A stretch of DNA of 64,000 nucleotides from Macrostomum lignano. Lineage: Eukaryota. Shown here piece after piece: positions 21,637 through 33,500 of this stretch. The notes under the pieces are model-generated. The model was not told where the DNA came from, ran no database searches, and saw nothing but the letters and a program-made list of their open reading frames with translations. Location of the stretch: contig NIVC01000211.1 in NCBI GenBank assembly GCA_002269645.1, positions 186,001-250,000 on the forward strand. The letters run 5' to 3'. Every line of letters starts with the position of its first letter. The stretch's first letter is position 1. Both the position numbers and the translations under genes were made by a program.

Positions 21637-24600
21637 TCACTTATTAAATTCGTGGTCTTCTTCCCGGCGCCGCTTTCGGGAGGCTGTAGCATTCACGTGC
21701 TGTTGCAGCTGCGACGACTCCGGATGAAGAAGTTGGAAATGGCCAAACGGGAGACTGTAGTTCGGTGCCAGCCAAGCGCGCTTGTCCTCCCAAATGCTTA
21801 AGGCACACTTTCGCTGCTCCAGCGTGAATAGCCTGTGTTGGATGCTTGCGATCCTGTGGATGATGACGGACATGCTACTCAGATCATTGAAGACTCTCAA
21901 GTAATCACTATGCGCAATCTCCTTCTTGACGACACATCCTTGAATGCCTTTGGCTTTTTTCTTTTCAGCAGCTGCAGTGCTAGCGAGAAAGGAATACAGC
22001 TTTGGTCTCAAAAGCAACCATTCGAGATAGCGAGCTCCAGCTCCTTCGTCCTTGATGCAACCGAGGCGAGCTTTCAATTCATTTGAGAACAGCGGGTGCT
22101 CAGGTGAATAGTTGGAAGTGTCAAGGAGTTTCTTTGCTTTTAGCAGTGGAAGAACTTCCGACTGCACATCCATATTCTGAATGCAAAGAAAGAGCGAGTC
22201 GGTGTCTCCACCACAGAGCCGAACACGGGCACCCTCTTGCTCAAGCCAAGGCTTCAATTTGTCGTAGAATAACTCGTACATGATTAGCTTCGAATAGTCA
22301 AGAACACACTGGCCAATAAAAATCGGACGATCAAGCTTGACCTTAGTCTTCTGGAATTCAATTATGCTCAGTGAGTCGGTAATTATGATAAAGTTCTTAA
22401 TGGATGGTTTTGAAGCCAGCACCTTTGCTTTTGCAGTGTTGGTGCAAATCCGAATGTCACGTCGCTTACGCACGTTTTCCATTGTTTTTCCGAAGAGCGC
22501 ATTGTTTTTTAGTTTGTAGTAGTCTTTCTCGAAGCTGTTTGTCGCAGCAGCTCTTTTCACGCTGTTCATGTTAACATAGTCAGCAAATATCGGCTCCTGT
22601 TTGTACTCAATCATTCGATTAATTCGTTTGATTTTCATTCCATGCCTCAAGTAGAATGCCAAGATAGCCGAATGAAGCACATAACTCTGCTTGTCATGGC
22701 AGGTGAGCAGAAGTTTTTCTGCCGAACGATAGGCTGCTTTGTCTCCAGTAATCTGCCTCCAAAGCTGTTGCATGTAGGCAGGAAATTCTTTGAATTTTGG
22801 TGCTTCTTTTTCTGGTGCAAAAGGCAAATCTTCAGTGGTGGAATGTATCTCTGCTGGATATAGAAGATCGACATCGAGCAGATAAGCAATTGGATCTGAG
22901 ATTTTGAGCCCTCGGATACGATCCTCGGTCCACAGCTGTAGCTCATCTTCGGAAAGCCAGCGAAATCCATTTGCAGGTAAGTTCATGGTAAGAGCTTGAC
23001 CGTAAAGGTTGTTAGCATCTACTGCTAGAAGCTCGGTAGGAACAGCTTGATCAGCGCCCTCGTCGTGACAGTCATTATCATCATCATCATTGTCATTGCA
23101 GATAGTCTGATTGTCAGCTGCTTCCAAATTTTTTCTAATATCTGGAGAGTTGGCTGACACTCTGTGTATGTTCACAAATGACATGCCACCGCGAATACCG
23201 CGCTCGAATGTTGCATACATTTGCGAATCCGTAATCAGCTCGATTCTGGATTTGAGAGACTTCAGTGCTGAAGCAAAAGATAATCCCGGGGTTGAAACGA
23301 AATGCACCGGATCAAGGCCATCATCACGAAGGCTGAGCTTGCGAAAATTTTCAAAGACATCGGCGAGCTGCCGAATGTCAAGCTCAAGGTAGCATAGCAT
23401 GTACTCTTTCAACGTTTTAACTTGGAATTCGTGCCATGCTTTCTGTGCATGCCTGTAATCCTCATCACTGCAGTGGCTTTTAGTCAGAACGTTGTAGAAT
23501 TGTTCTTTACTTGGCAGCTCGGTATCCTCAAGGACATTTGAATTGGTTAAGTAGTCGTACGGAAAAGTGCATTTTCTGAATAAAACTTCTGGAGACAACA
23601 GTGGAAACTTACTTTTTAGCAGGCTAGTGATGGTGCACTCTTCTTCTGGCAGGTTCTTGATCAGCTGAGCCAAGCTGGCGTTGAGAAATTGGTTAGAATC
23701 AATGAATTGAATGGTAAAGAACAATGGCTTAGTCTTTCCTCCCCTCTCGTACTCATCGATTTTGAAGTCAACTTTAATTGAAACAAACTGCTCAGGATTC
23801 TGTGGAATAACCGAAATCCTCCATCCATCCATGAGATCCAAAGCCGTTGACATAATGAGATGAAGGTCATAGCCTTTTAGATTGTGGAAAACCACAGGAA
23901 GAAAGCGCCTTTTTAGACGAGCCTGCATGTTGCACTGAGCACAGGCTGCACCTCGGAATTCGCCACTGAGGTGATCATGATCCCAGTGCTTTCCGCTTTC
24001 ACTATCAAAGCCGCTTCCGCAGTAGTGACACGATATAGCGTCGCGGAAGCGTTGCTTTGCAGCCTCCGTTCTAATAGCCGTCTGATGACTGAACTCCGTG
24101 TTCCAGCCATAAACCTCTCGAGCTAGCTGTTCAAGGGACTGCAAGAAGTCAGAAACACACTTTTTCGGATTTTCACTCACAAATATGTTAACATAATTGT
24201 CGACTCATATAGGTGATAACCCTGTGAGGCCTGCTCGGTGCACCACCAAGTAACCAGCAGCAACGGCAACATGCTCTGTCAGCTTTACAGTGCTCGAACC
24301 AGCTTCAGTCTGCTGCCCTGTGTGAGGTGCATTCAATGCCTCGAAGTCGGCGTACACAATGAATGGTGGGCTGATTGTCTTTTCCCACGCCGTAAACCGA
24401 AGTACATTGTGATCTTCATCCGGAAGTTCTTCCTGTACAAAAATCCCACCAGGCTCACAGACATCTTCACAGTGCTCATCGAACGCCTTGCTAGTGTGAA
24501 ATGACAGCAGACAACGCTCACACCACTTTCGCTGGTACAGGTGGGCTTTACTGTTCAACAATCTGTTGATGTTCGAGACAGCACACCAATGACCACCAGC

Positions 24601-25470
24601 TGAGTTCTCGTTCGTGGATGGTGGAAGAAACATCAGCAGGACAACTGTTCGTCCTCTCATGGTAGCTGCGCTTGGCTGTCGGAGGACTTCAGCAGCTTCA
24701 TTCTCCCAGGTGAAAACAGTGAAGCAAAGGGTTGGATTTAATTCCTCGACAGCAGACAGATCGTACAAATTGATCGGCAGACTCAGTCCCGTAATGTTAA
24801 TCTCATCTAGCCATTCGGTGTACGAGGATTCTCGTTGAGCTGACTTCTTAATACGGCAGTGATCTTTGTAAAGAAAGGCAAGGCACGCGTAAACAAAGCA
24901 ATTTTCACCGCTGCTAGGAGGAGAAATGACGGCCTTCTTTTGAAAAAGCGCAGTCGGCAAACTAAACCCAGCCGCATGCCCCGAATAGTAGGGAGTTCGA
25001 ACAGCGAGGGCAGAGCAAAGGTCGAAGAAATTTATTTTGTCAATGGCCCATCTACTGCCATTAGCGTTGTACACGTCTACTATCTGCTCTAACTCTGCAA
25101 ATTGCTGCCTCCACCAGTCATCAAATTCCTGCACATCAACCAGCATACAAAGATTTGTACTCATCCATTTGTTTTCAACATTGACTGCTTCTGCTGCCTG
25201 CACCCGAATCATGCGCACGTTTAGCTTAATTTGTGCTCTTAGCGAACAGTTGTCAATGGAGTCAAGACGAACTTCGAGATACTGCAGAACCGCATGTTTG
25301 ACCAGGTCTAGAAACTCGAATGGATCAATGTCAGCTGTTGGGGCGAAGCGATGAATCTGCAGTACATCATCGTGGGCACTGTTCACCAAGGAGATAACAC
25401 ATGAAGACCCTAAAAATAAAATCGAGAGATAAGATAGTGAAAATCGAGAAACATAAACTGAGAGTCTCAT
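21637..25470 (-). pseudogene. Protein-primed family-B DNA polymerase (pPolB) with a single in-frame TGA at 24205-24207
   Basis: ORFs 24205-25470 and 21637-24180 share a frame (SPI*VDNYVNIFVSENPKKCV). Motifs VDANNLYG, KLKNNALFGK and GDTDS. EndoVII-like CHYC...DHDHLSGEFRGAAC..CN. Exonuclease FHNLKGYD. Confidence 0.93.
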
Positions 25471-25579
25471 GATTGCTTATAAATCCAGCTCAATTAGCTA
25501 TTCATAATAATCGATGTCTGTATGCAGAATCGAGGAGGGTTTTTTTGGATGTATACAATCGATATAGGTGTGCAGAGGT

Positions 25580-26025
25580 GTGCGAAGTCGAGGTGGGGTG
25601 TCCAGAGTCGAGGTGGGGTGTCCAGAGTCGAGGTGGGGTGTCCGGAGTCGAGGTGGGGTGTGCAGAATCGAGGAAGGGATGTGCAGAGTCGAGGAAGGGA
25701 TGTGCAGAGTCGAGGAGGGGGTGTGCGGAGTCGAGGAGGGGGTGTGCAGAGTCGAGGAGGGGGTGTGCAGAGTCGAGGAGGGGGTGTGCGGAGTCGAGGA
25801 GGGGGTGTGCGGAGTCGAGGAGGGGGTGTGCGGAGTCGAGGAGGGGGTGTGCAGAGTCGAGGAGGGGGTGTGCAGAGTCGAGGAGGGGGTGTGCAGAGTC
25901 GAGGAGGGGTGTGCAGAGTCGAGGAGGGGGTGTGCAGAGTCGAGGAGGGGTGTGCAGAGTCGAGGAGGGGGTGTGCAGAGTCGAGGAGGGGGTGTGCAGA
26001 GTCGAAGACGGGGGTGTGCAGAGTC
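25580..26025. repeat. 21-bp G-rich minisatellite (GTGCAGAGTCGAGGAGGGGGT) inside the Polinton
   Basis: About 20 tandem copies. The overlapping ORFs are repeat translations. Confidence 0.9.
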
Positions 26026-26990
26026 AGGGTTGGTGTACGGACTCGGGGTGGGCGGGTGTTATTACGTATTAATTAAAACTGAATTAGTTACACATTTCGA
26101 GTTGAAGGTTTAAAATTTTTCCACTTCAAATATTGGTAAGAAAATAATTGATTTTTTACATTAACAGAGTGGCAAAACTCACCTGCCCCTTCACCTTCTC
26201 CTCGCCTAGAACATGTTGTAGGATCCTGCATGTTGCGACTGCCGGCTGCCAGGCAATGCTGATGCAGATTTGTCTGCTTCCAGCTTCGAATTGATCAATT
26301 TTAAGGCCAATGGCAATGCTTAGCTTAAAAAGGAATAATTAAGAAAAATGCAAAGTAGAGATCGAATCTAGTTAAGATGCTCTTATTCTATTCGCGATAT
26401 TGAGACTTAACACGAGCACCAAGCTATAGAAAAGAAGCCCGCTGATAGTAAAAACCTCAAAATCAAAACTAATAGTCGAGTAATGCAAACAGCTTGCCAT
26501 GATGCGATAGCTTTTAGCATCAAATCCACCGATACGAGTTGATTTGCTATTTTACTGTCTAGTTTGCGTTTTTTCTAAAAATAATTCAATGTTTATTATG
26601 AGAAAAAAACAATGCAAAAACAACGTGTATTTGGTATAAACGGCTTTGTAGCAAGAAAATAATTTAGAAGAGGAAACTTTTATTTAGCATTAAATTACAA
26701 ACTTTCTGCATAGAAAGCAGTATAATTCATTATAAGCTACCATGTACATTCTTGCTCTCCTAATAACTAAATATTGGTATCAAAGAGCCTCCAGCTTGAT
26801 AAACTGCTTAGCCCAGCCCAACGAGATAAATCACAGGTGACATGCACTGAAAAGATTAATTTAATTTAAGCAGTTTTTAACTTCTTTTAGAGCTCCTCCC
26901 CTTATCAAAAGTCCACTCATTTTTGTAGAACTTTTTTGTGCGCTAAAAATTCGTTTCCCTTGCCAACAAAATACTCCAGGCTAAAGCAAA

Positions 26991-28418
26991 TTAAGAGTTA
27001 CTCAAGCGAATACGGATCCCCCCTCCAAAGTCAATTGAGTACTCGCCCACAACGCTACTCGGTAGGACGAATTGAAGGCAAACTGACGGTGCAGCCATCG
27101 GTTCAGCGGCTTGGACTCCTGCTGATTGTTGAACCACCGGTGGGGTAGCATGAGGTTCGACTCCTGCTGATTGTTGAAACTCTGGTACCACCGGTGGGGT
27201 AGCATGAGGTTCGACTCCTGCTGATTGTTGAACCACCGGTGGGGTAGCATGAGGTTCGACTCCTGCTGATTGTTGAACCACCGGTGGGGTAGCATGAGGT
27301 TCGACTCCTGCTGATTGTTGAAACTCTGGTACCACCGGTGGGGTAGCATGAGGTTCGACTCCTGCTGATTGTTGAACCACCGGTGGGGTAGCATGAGGTT
27401 CGACTCCTGCTGATTGTTGAACCACCGGTGGGGTAGCATGAGGTTCGACTCCTGCTGATTGTTGAACCACCGGTGGGGTAGCATGAGGTTCGACTCCTGC
27501 TGATTGTGGAAACTCTGGTACCACCGGTGGGGTAGCATGAGGTTCGACTCCTGCTGATTGTTGAAAGTCTGGTACCACCGGTGGGGTAGCATGAGGTTCG
27601 AAATCTCGTAGGAGATCAGACAGGCTGGCATCCGCCATCATTCCAGCCATATTTTTTCCAGCGACTGGAACAGCCCTGTGCGGTGGCTGCTGCTCGACCG
27701 TGGCTTTTTCGTTCGTATCCTCTGACTCCAACTCGTGCTCCTCAAAGAAAGCCGTGTCCAATTCTGGCGGAGCAACAAAATCAGCGGCAGCAGCATCATC
27801 CTCATAGCGATTTACCGGTGTCTGAAGACTGAGAGCACCAGCCGCTGGAACGTCGACGCTGGCAGCTTGATGGTCGATGCCAGCAGGTCCAGGAGCAGCA
27901 GCTGAATAGTCGACGCTGGCAGCTTGATGGTCGATGCCAGCAGGTCCAGGAGCAGCAGCTGGATAGTCGACGCTGGCAGGTCCAGGAAGGCTGGCAACAT
28001 CAGCTGGATGCTGATCTGCAGCAGCAAGTGCAGCGGAAATCAAATCAAAAGTACATGTAGTTGAAATTATTGCAGATTGATTTCGCACACCTTGAATCGT
28101 CTGGCTCAGGGTGCTGACCGGGGCTCGATGACGCTCGATCATGTTGAGTTGCTCCTGGCGGTGGGCGGCCTCCAGTACAGTAAAGCGGGCTCGTTCGATG
28201 CTATCAGGCGAGCTCCAATTAATGATGGTGCGATTTTTATGGGCCCGAACTTGGCGGCGCACATTGAACAGCTCAGTTGTGTGGCACTCGTGGCAAAGCA
28301 ACCAGCGACTTATAATGCAGCTGTCTTTTTTGTTATGGAGCTTTAACCCACCGAGCTCACAGGAATTGCAGCTGATGCGCACCTCGTGCACGTAGGATGG
28401 ACACCGAGATTTATTCAT
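26991..28418 (-). CDS. Polinton accessory ORF, 475 aa, with an N-terminal CxxC...CxxC motif and tandem peptide repeats
   Basis: CNSC...CHECH at the N-terminus, 10 copies of GVEPHATPPVV(PEF)QQSA, and TATATAA on the minus strand ~80 nt upstream (28498-28504). No family recognised. Confidence 0.6.
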   Translation of the reverse strand: MNKSRCPSYVHEVRISCNSCELGGLKLHNKKDSCIISRWLLCHECHTTELFNVRRQVRAHKNRTIINWSSPDSIERARFTVLEAAHRQEQLNMIERHRAPVSTLSQTIQGVRNQSAIISTTCTFDLISAALAAADQHPADVASLPGPASVDYPAAAPGPAGIDHQAASVDYSAAAPGPAGIDHQAASVDVPAAGALSLQTPVNRYEDDAAAADFVAPPELDTAFFEEHELESEDTNEKATVEQQPPHRAVPVAGKNMAGMMADASLSDLLRDFEPHATPPVVPDFQQSAGVEPHATPPVVPEFPQSAGVEPHATPPVVQQSAGVEPHATPPVVQQSAGVEPHATPPVVQQSAGVEPHATPPVVPEFQQSAGVEPHATPPVVQQSAGVEPHATPPVVQQSAGVEPHATPPVVPEFQQSAGVEPHATPPVVQQSAGVQAAEPMAAPSVCLQFVLPSSVVGEYSIDFGGGIRIRLSNS

Positions 28419-28957
28419 TATTTAAAATTTATCTATGAGAAATTTAGTTGAAAATAAAGTTTAAATTTAAACTTCTCATATGCACATATTTAGCCTCTTA
28501 TATACCCACTTCAACCAAATCTGTGTTAATAAAAACATAGCCGCTATGTTTTCAGCTTTGCTATGTTTACAGTCAGCCACCCAATGTCCAATGATTTCAT
28601 CAGCGCATCCAGGTATTGAGCCCTTGTTAAATTCCCGCACGCCCCGCTAAATTCTTTTGAATACGCCGCCAACTTTACCCCACCCAGTCGAGGGTGGCAA
28701 TAAAACTGATAACTGAGCACTCTCTCCTTTCAGCAACAAAGCCGCCGCCGCCGCCGCCAGCTCCCAGACAGCGGGAGAGAGGCTTGGCTACCACTATTTT
28801 TGTTTACAGAAGTTTGTTATTACCGATAAAATTATACAATAAAGTATTAGTATAATACTGAATACAATAAAATACCGCTGATATTTGCCAATCGTTCAAC
28901 ACAATTTCTAGAGATTCCCCTAGCTCGGCTCTGTGCATACTTGCGGATTCCCCCATG

Positions 28958-29116
28958 AGGTGCCTATGTACTCTCATTAGGAGTCTACGGAATTCCCATG
29001 GCTTTGCCTGCGGCAGAGTTGAGCTATGCAAACACATGGGCGCCCTTCTGATCCGGGCCCACGGAATTTCCGTGGCTTTCCCTGCGGCAGAGTTGTGTTA
29101 TCCTCTACTACTTACT
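28958..29116 (-). repeat. Right terminal inverted repeat of Polinton
   Basis: Ends ...CCTCTACTACTTACT and is followed by TSD GGCCTG. Confidence 0.97.
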
Positions 29117-29671
29117 GGCCTGTCCTAACGCAAAGAATATTAAGATTCATTCATTCATACAAATTAAGCAAGGGGCTTTCGAGCACCGGCCTTCTCCGCA
29201 TTTGAGGAACACAAAAACAGTCTGAATGTGTCTGTGAGTTCTGGTAGAAGCCAAGCTTGGAATGGATAAGAGAATATTCGATGGAGAGTATTTTATTGCT
29301 ACTCCTTAGTAGGCAAAAGAGCTTGTAGAGAGTTAAAAAGACAAAGGCTCCGCTTGTTTTAGCAAGTGTAGCTTGTCGATCGCTGATTGCGAACCGGCAT
29401 TCTAAGAGCTGGCAGAAACCTGCACAAGTACAAACATCGATGAGTACATTTGCTGAGGTTTGTCGAGTTTCGGTCTTTTATTGCAAGATTGTTGTTATGT
29501 GCAAGACTCTAGTTGCCTTCAATGAATCTTCGATTCCATTGTGCCTTCCAAGTTTTTTATATCTATCTTAGCCTTAGTTGCCAGCTATCGCTATCTTCTA
29601 CTTGCTCATATGACATTCGAGCCGTGACTTATAAGCAGACCGAAACACGGAAGGCCGAAAGGTTTTTGTGC

Positions 29672-31093
29672 ATGCCAAGAAAGTGCAACGTCGGAAACTG
29701 CTTAACAAACTACACTAAATATAAGGGCCCACCAACGCCAGTGTATTCCTTCCCAAACGACTCCCAGGAGCGCGAGCAATGGCGGCTTGCATTGCCGACC
29801 CCTTTGACGGTACGTGCATCTATAGTTTATTGGTGTTTGCATGATTCTCACGTATACGTTATGATGTAACCACGCTCTGGTCGCGGGATAGGGCAGGGGA
29901 ACTTTTTCAAAAGTGCCTCCTATCGCCGTGCACCGTCTGCACAGAACTGTTGAGACTCGGCCAGGTCTTTGACCAGGCCTGCAGACTCCCGCTCTGCTGC
30001 ACCCCCTGCTGTCTTGGCTCCGTCTCCCCTGCCACCACACTTGCCTTTCCGGAGCTCCCGGTCCCTCTCTGTACCTCCCCCTCTACCCTATCTCCTCTGC
30101 GCTCAGCCCTATTCTTCGTGTACTTTTCCTGTCTCCCCTCTTTTTGCCCTTTTCGCACTATTTTCCTGCGCTGTCCCCTCTTTCTCTGCGTCTACTTACA
30201 GTATTTTGTGCGCTCACCGTCACCCCATCCCTTCTCAAACTCCCAAACGGTGACGCAAGTCATGTGACCACTCCTTCCCTCGATGACTCATCGATGACTC
30301 ATCCCCCTCTCTTGCGCAACCTTTTCTCATGCTATTGTTCTCCTCCCCAAATTTCTCATGCGACACCCACCCCACCTCCGCTTCTATTGTTCTCGTTTTT
30401 GATTCTTTTGTTCTCTTTACCCCCACAAATTATCACATCTTCTCCGATTTTCTCTTTCCATTGTTCTCATTTTCGCACCTAATTATCACCTTTTCTCCAA
30501 TGTTTGCTTTTCTATTGTTCTCGATTCTCCCCAATATCCCCGATTTCCAATTCCTTTGTTCTCGACCCCCGACACCAGCCCCATTGTTCTCAATGTTTGC
30601 TTGCGCAACACTTTTGCGACCTCCCGCTGCGCCAATTATCCCCCACCCCACCTCCGGATTGCGCAATTCTCCCATTTCTCATGTTGCTATGCTGTTCTCA
30701 CGCTTCTCATCATGACTCATTCTGACGTCATTCTGCCGGCAGCCAATCAGAGAGAGGGAGTCATGGAAACGACCTTGGAGCGGCGGCTGGGAAGGCTATA
30801 TAAGGAAGCGGTTTTCGGCATGAGAATCCTCAACCTTCGGGCTCCTCGTCTTTCTTTAGACTTGCTATCAGACGTAGCTCTGACCTATTCGTCTATAGGA
30901 CGAACCTCTGCCGGTCCGCGGTCTGATACCGCCAAGTTACCTTAGCTCCCCAAGTGAGCTCGCCTATCGGCCAGCGGTCTGATACCGCCCAGCATCATCA
31001 GCTTCGCCTGATCTACATCAGCGCCTTGTCGCTTCAGCGCATCGCCGCTTCACTGTCTGCCTGACGGCAGCCTACAGCCGCCCCCGGTCACTC

Positions 31094-31132
<39 letters not shown>

Positions 31133-33500
31133 AGCTGCCGGTAAGTTCCTATTACTGATTTGTGCTCCAATTGCCTTTGCTTATCCGGGGTTTGCCTATT
31201 TTGCCATTGATTGATTAGAAAGCGGAGCCAATTGTGATACCGTAACTTTTTGCTGTATTTTACTCAATAGTGAAGCCGCCTGATTGCCTGATTCTTTGCC
31301 TAAGGGCCTAATTATTAACTATTAACTAACCTCATCATTATTCACTCTTTCACCATCATTTAACTCATGGCTTGCTAAGCCTTTCTCCCGGGGTGGCAAA
31401 GCATAAGAAAGTTGGGTAAGCTGATGGCCTCTCCCCGTGCAAAGCCCGCCTGTGAGTGCGTGCTGCGGGCCGTGTGTGTGTGCAGTAGAGGAAATTAGCG
31501 AGTCTTGGCACAGAATGGCAGCAGGAAGGTTGCAACCCCATGCTGACGCGTCCCTTCGCCCTGAGCAATCTAAACTCTAAACAGTACATGTTAACCTCAC
31601 ACTACTCTTAGTAATTAAAGCCGCAAGTCAGCCTCGCTCACAGCCACAAAGGATCCCCTGCTGAGAAATCCTCCAGATTGAGCCCAGAGTTCCCGATCAT
31701 TCCCCAAGCAGAGTCCCTGTACTCGGCTGCATGTGTCTCCCCTGTTAGCCTAAATCTCCTGGTAACCATCCCAGGCGGGACTCTAGCCTCGAGAGGTCTG
31801 GTAGTAAGATCCAGGTGCGCCAGGTCACATAGAGTGGTGGCAGCCACTCGGTCATACTATGACCGAGTGACCAACTATTGCACCTTGGCTACAGGTGGGG
31901 TCCATGTGGGTCCTTGGCCCTCTGGTCACAAAGCGCCACCAAAGCTATCAATCATGTGGGCGGGACAGTCTGGTGCTGGAGGTCTGTCAGATCATTGCCC
32001 GGTCATAGGCAGCCTACGGTCATTGCCCCCTCTGGTCATGTGTTCGTGTCTCAACGGAGCGGACAGGCGACAAGGGCGGTTACATCAGTTATATATTCTA
32101 CATTGTTTAATATTCAGACCATAACGGATGGTATGGGTATATGTGCAAATCACTGGCCACCAGCTACTCCAATGGTCCGGAAAGGCCGATTTGGGCGCCC
32201 TATGGAACCACCAACTGTTTTTAATGGTGTTTCCAAGTCATGCTTTGTTCAGACACAAGGTGAGTGAGATTTAAAAGGCACAAATAACTGATTCATATTG
32301 ATAAATTCTAACGGTGGTCGCGTTGCAGCTCTCATATGCGATAATCATCCAACAAATAGAAAATGTTTCACTATCTTTAGTCGTGGTGAGTCGAAACCGT
32401 GGATAGGCAGAGATCCTGCACAAACTTCAAGTTTCTTTCTTCTTCATGATGTCGTCCATCTTTTGAAGTGCATCCGAAACAATTGGCAAACAGAAAATAA
32501 TGGTGTAATTTCTCTTTGTCTTCCGGACTCTAGTAAAATTGTCAACGCAAAGTGAACAGATTCAGTGCGCCTATACAATGCGGAAGCCTCCAATACAGTT
32601 AAGCGTACTACTTTACTGCGCGCAGCATGTTTCCCATCTAACATTCAAAAACCAAGGTAAGCTTGGCTTTGCAGGTATTTAATGACAACGTTGCCGCAGC
32701 CCTGAAATGTGATGGGTGCACAGATACAGCTGCGTTCATTGAAACAATCAATAAATTCTGGAAGATTATGAACTGCAAGAATACATCGCTGCACAAAAAA
32801 CTCAATGATCCTGACAGGCGCCCATAGAATGTGTCGATGATTCCAGCATAACGTTTCTCTGTATGTTAGCCGCCTCAATCAAGGAAATGGGCAGTGGAAA
32901 GGGAAGGGCAAGGCATCGAGCACTGACGACGGAAACTAAGACTGCACTGGTGAACACCCTTCGTGCCGTGACTGAACTATGCGAAGAGCTGCTAAAAGAT
33001 CCGAGTGTCGTCTACATTTTATCAGCAGAACTTCAAAGCGACCCTCTGGAGGCGGAATTCGGTGTGTATCGCCAAATGAGTGGCGGAAATTATTTTATCT
33101 GCGTTGAACAAGTGCTGCTGAGCGCTCGTCTTCGCAGAATGAAGCTTTACTCAGCGTTGCAATTGGAAGATTTTGTACACTCCACGGGAAGTTGCTGTAC
33201 CACTCCTTTGTCAGACGATGAGCTGGCTACTTTGGATAATTGCTACGAAAAAAGTGATGCACTTACAATGAGTGAAAGGGCTTCTCTCTACTATATCAGC
33301 GGTATGCATTTTTGCCTTTTTCTTGATATCAAACACCATCTAAAATAAGTACACGGGCGTACGTCTACACACACCGTCCGTTTTTACAGGTTATAGTGCA
33401 TTCAGTGAGTCCATTGAAAGTTCAGCAGTTTCGGGCACTCCCATCAGTGAATTTACTGAAATGGTTTCTCGTGGCAAGCTAAAGCAGACTGGTTGTTCCA
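29672..33500 (+). pseudogene. Internally deleted THAP/P-element-like transposase
   Basis: THAP domain MPRKCNVGNC...VYSFPND...REQWRLALP spliced (29809/32118) to GICANHWPP...RPMEPPTVF. Later fragments ALICDNHPTN...HDVVHLLKCIRNNW and YILSAELQSDPLEAEFGVYRQMSGGN, with stops. Confidence 0.8.
29862..32087. mobile_element. Long (2,226-bp) solo-LTR-like insertion in the THAP intron
   Basis: 10-bp inverted termini TGATGTAACC/GGTTACATCA, exact 4-bp TSD GTTA, internal TATATAA (30797) and (CT)n, and no credible ORF. Confidence 0.75.

Larger units (their letters stand above)
12045..29116. mobile_element. Full-length Polinton/Maverick (adintovirus-like), 17,072 bp
   Basis: TIRs at 12045-12199 and 28958-29116 begin with AGT. 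6-bp TSD GGCCTG at 12039-12044 and 29117-29122. Complete core gene set. Empty paralogous site at 50108-50113. Confidence 0.97.
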
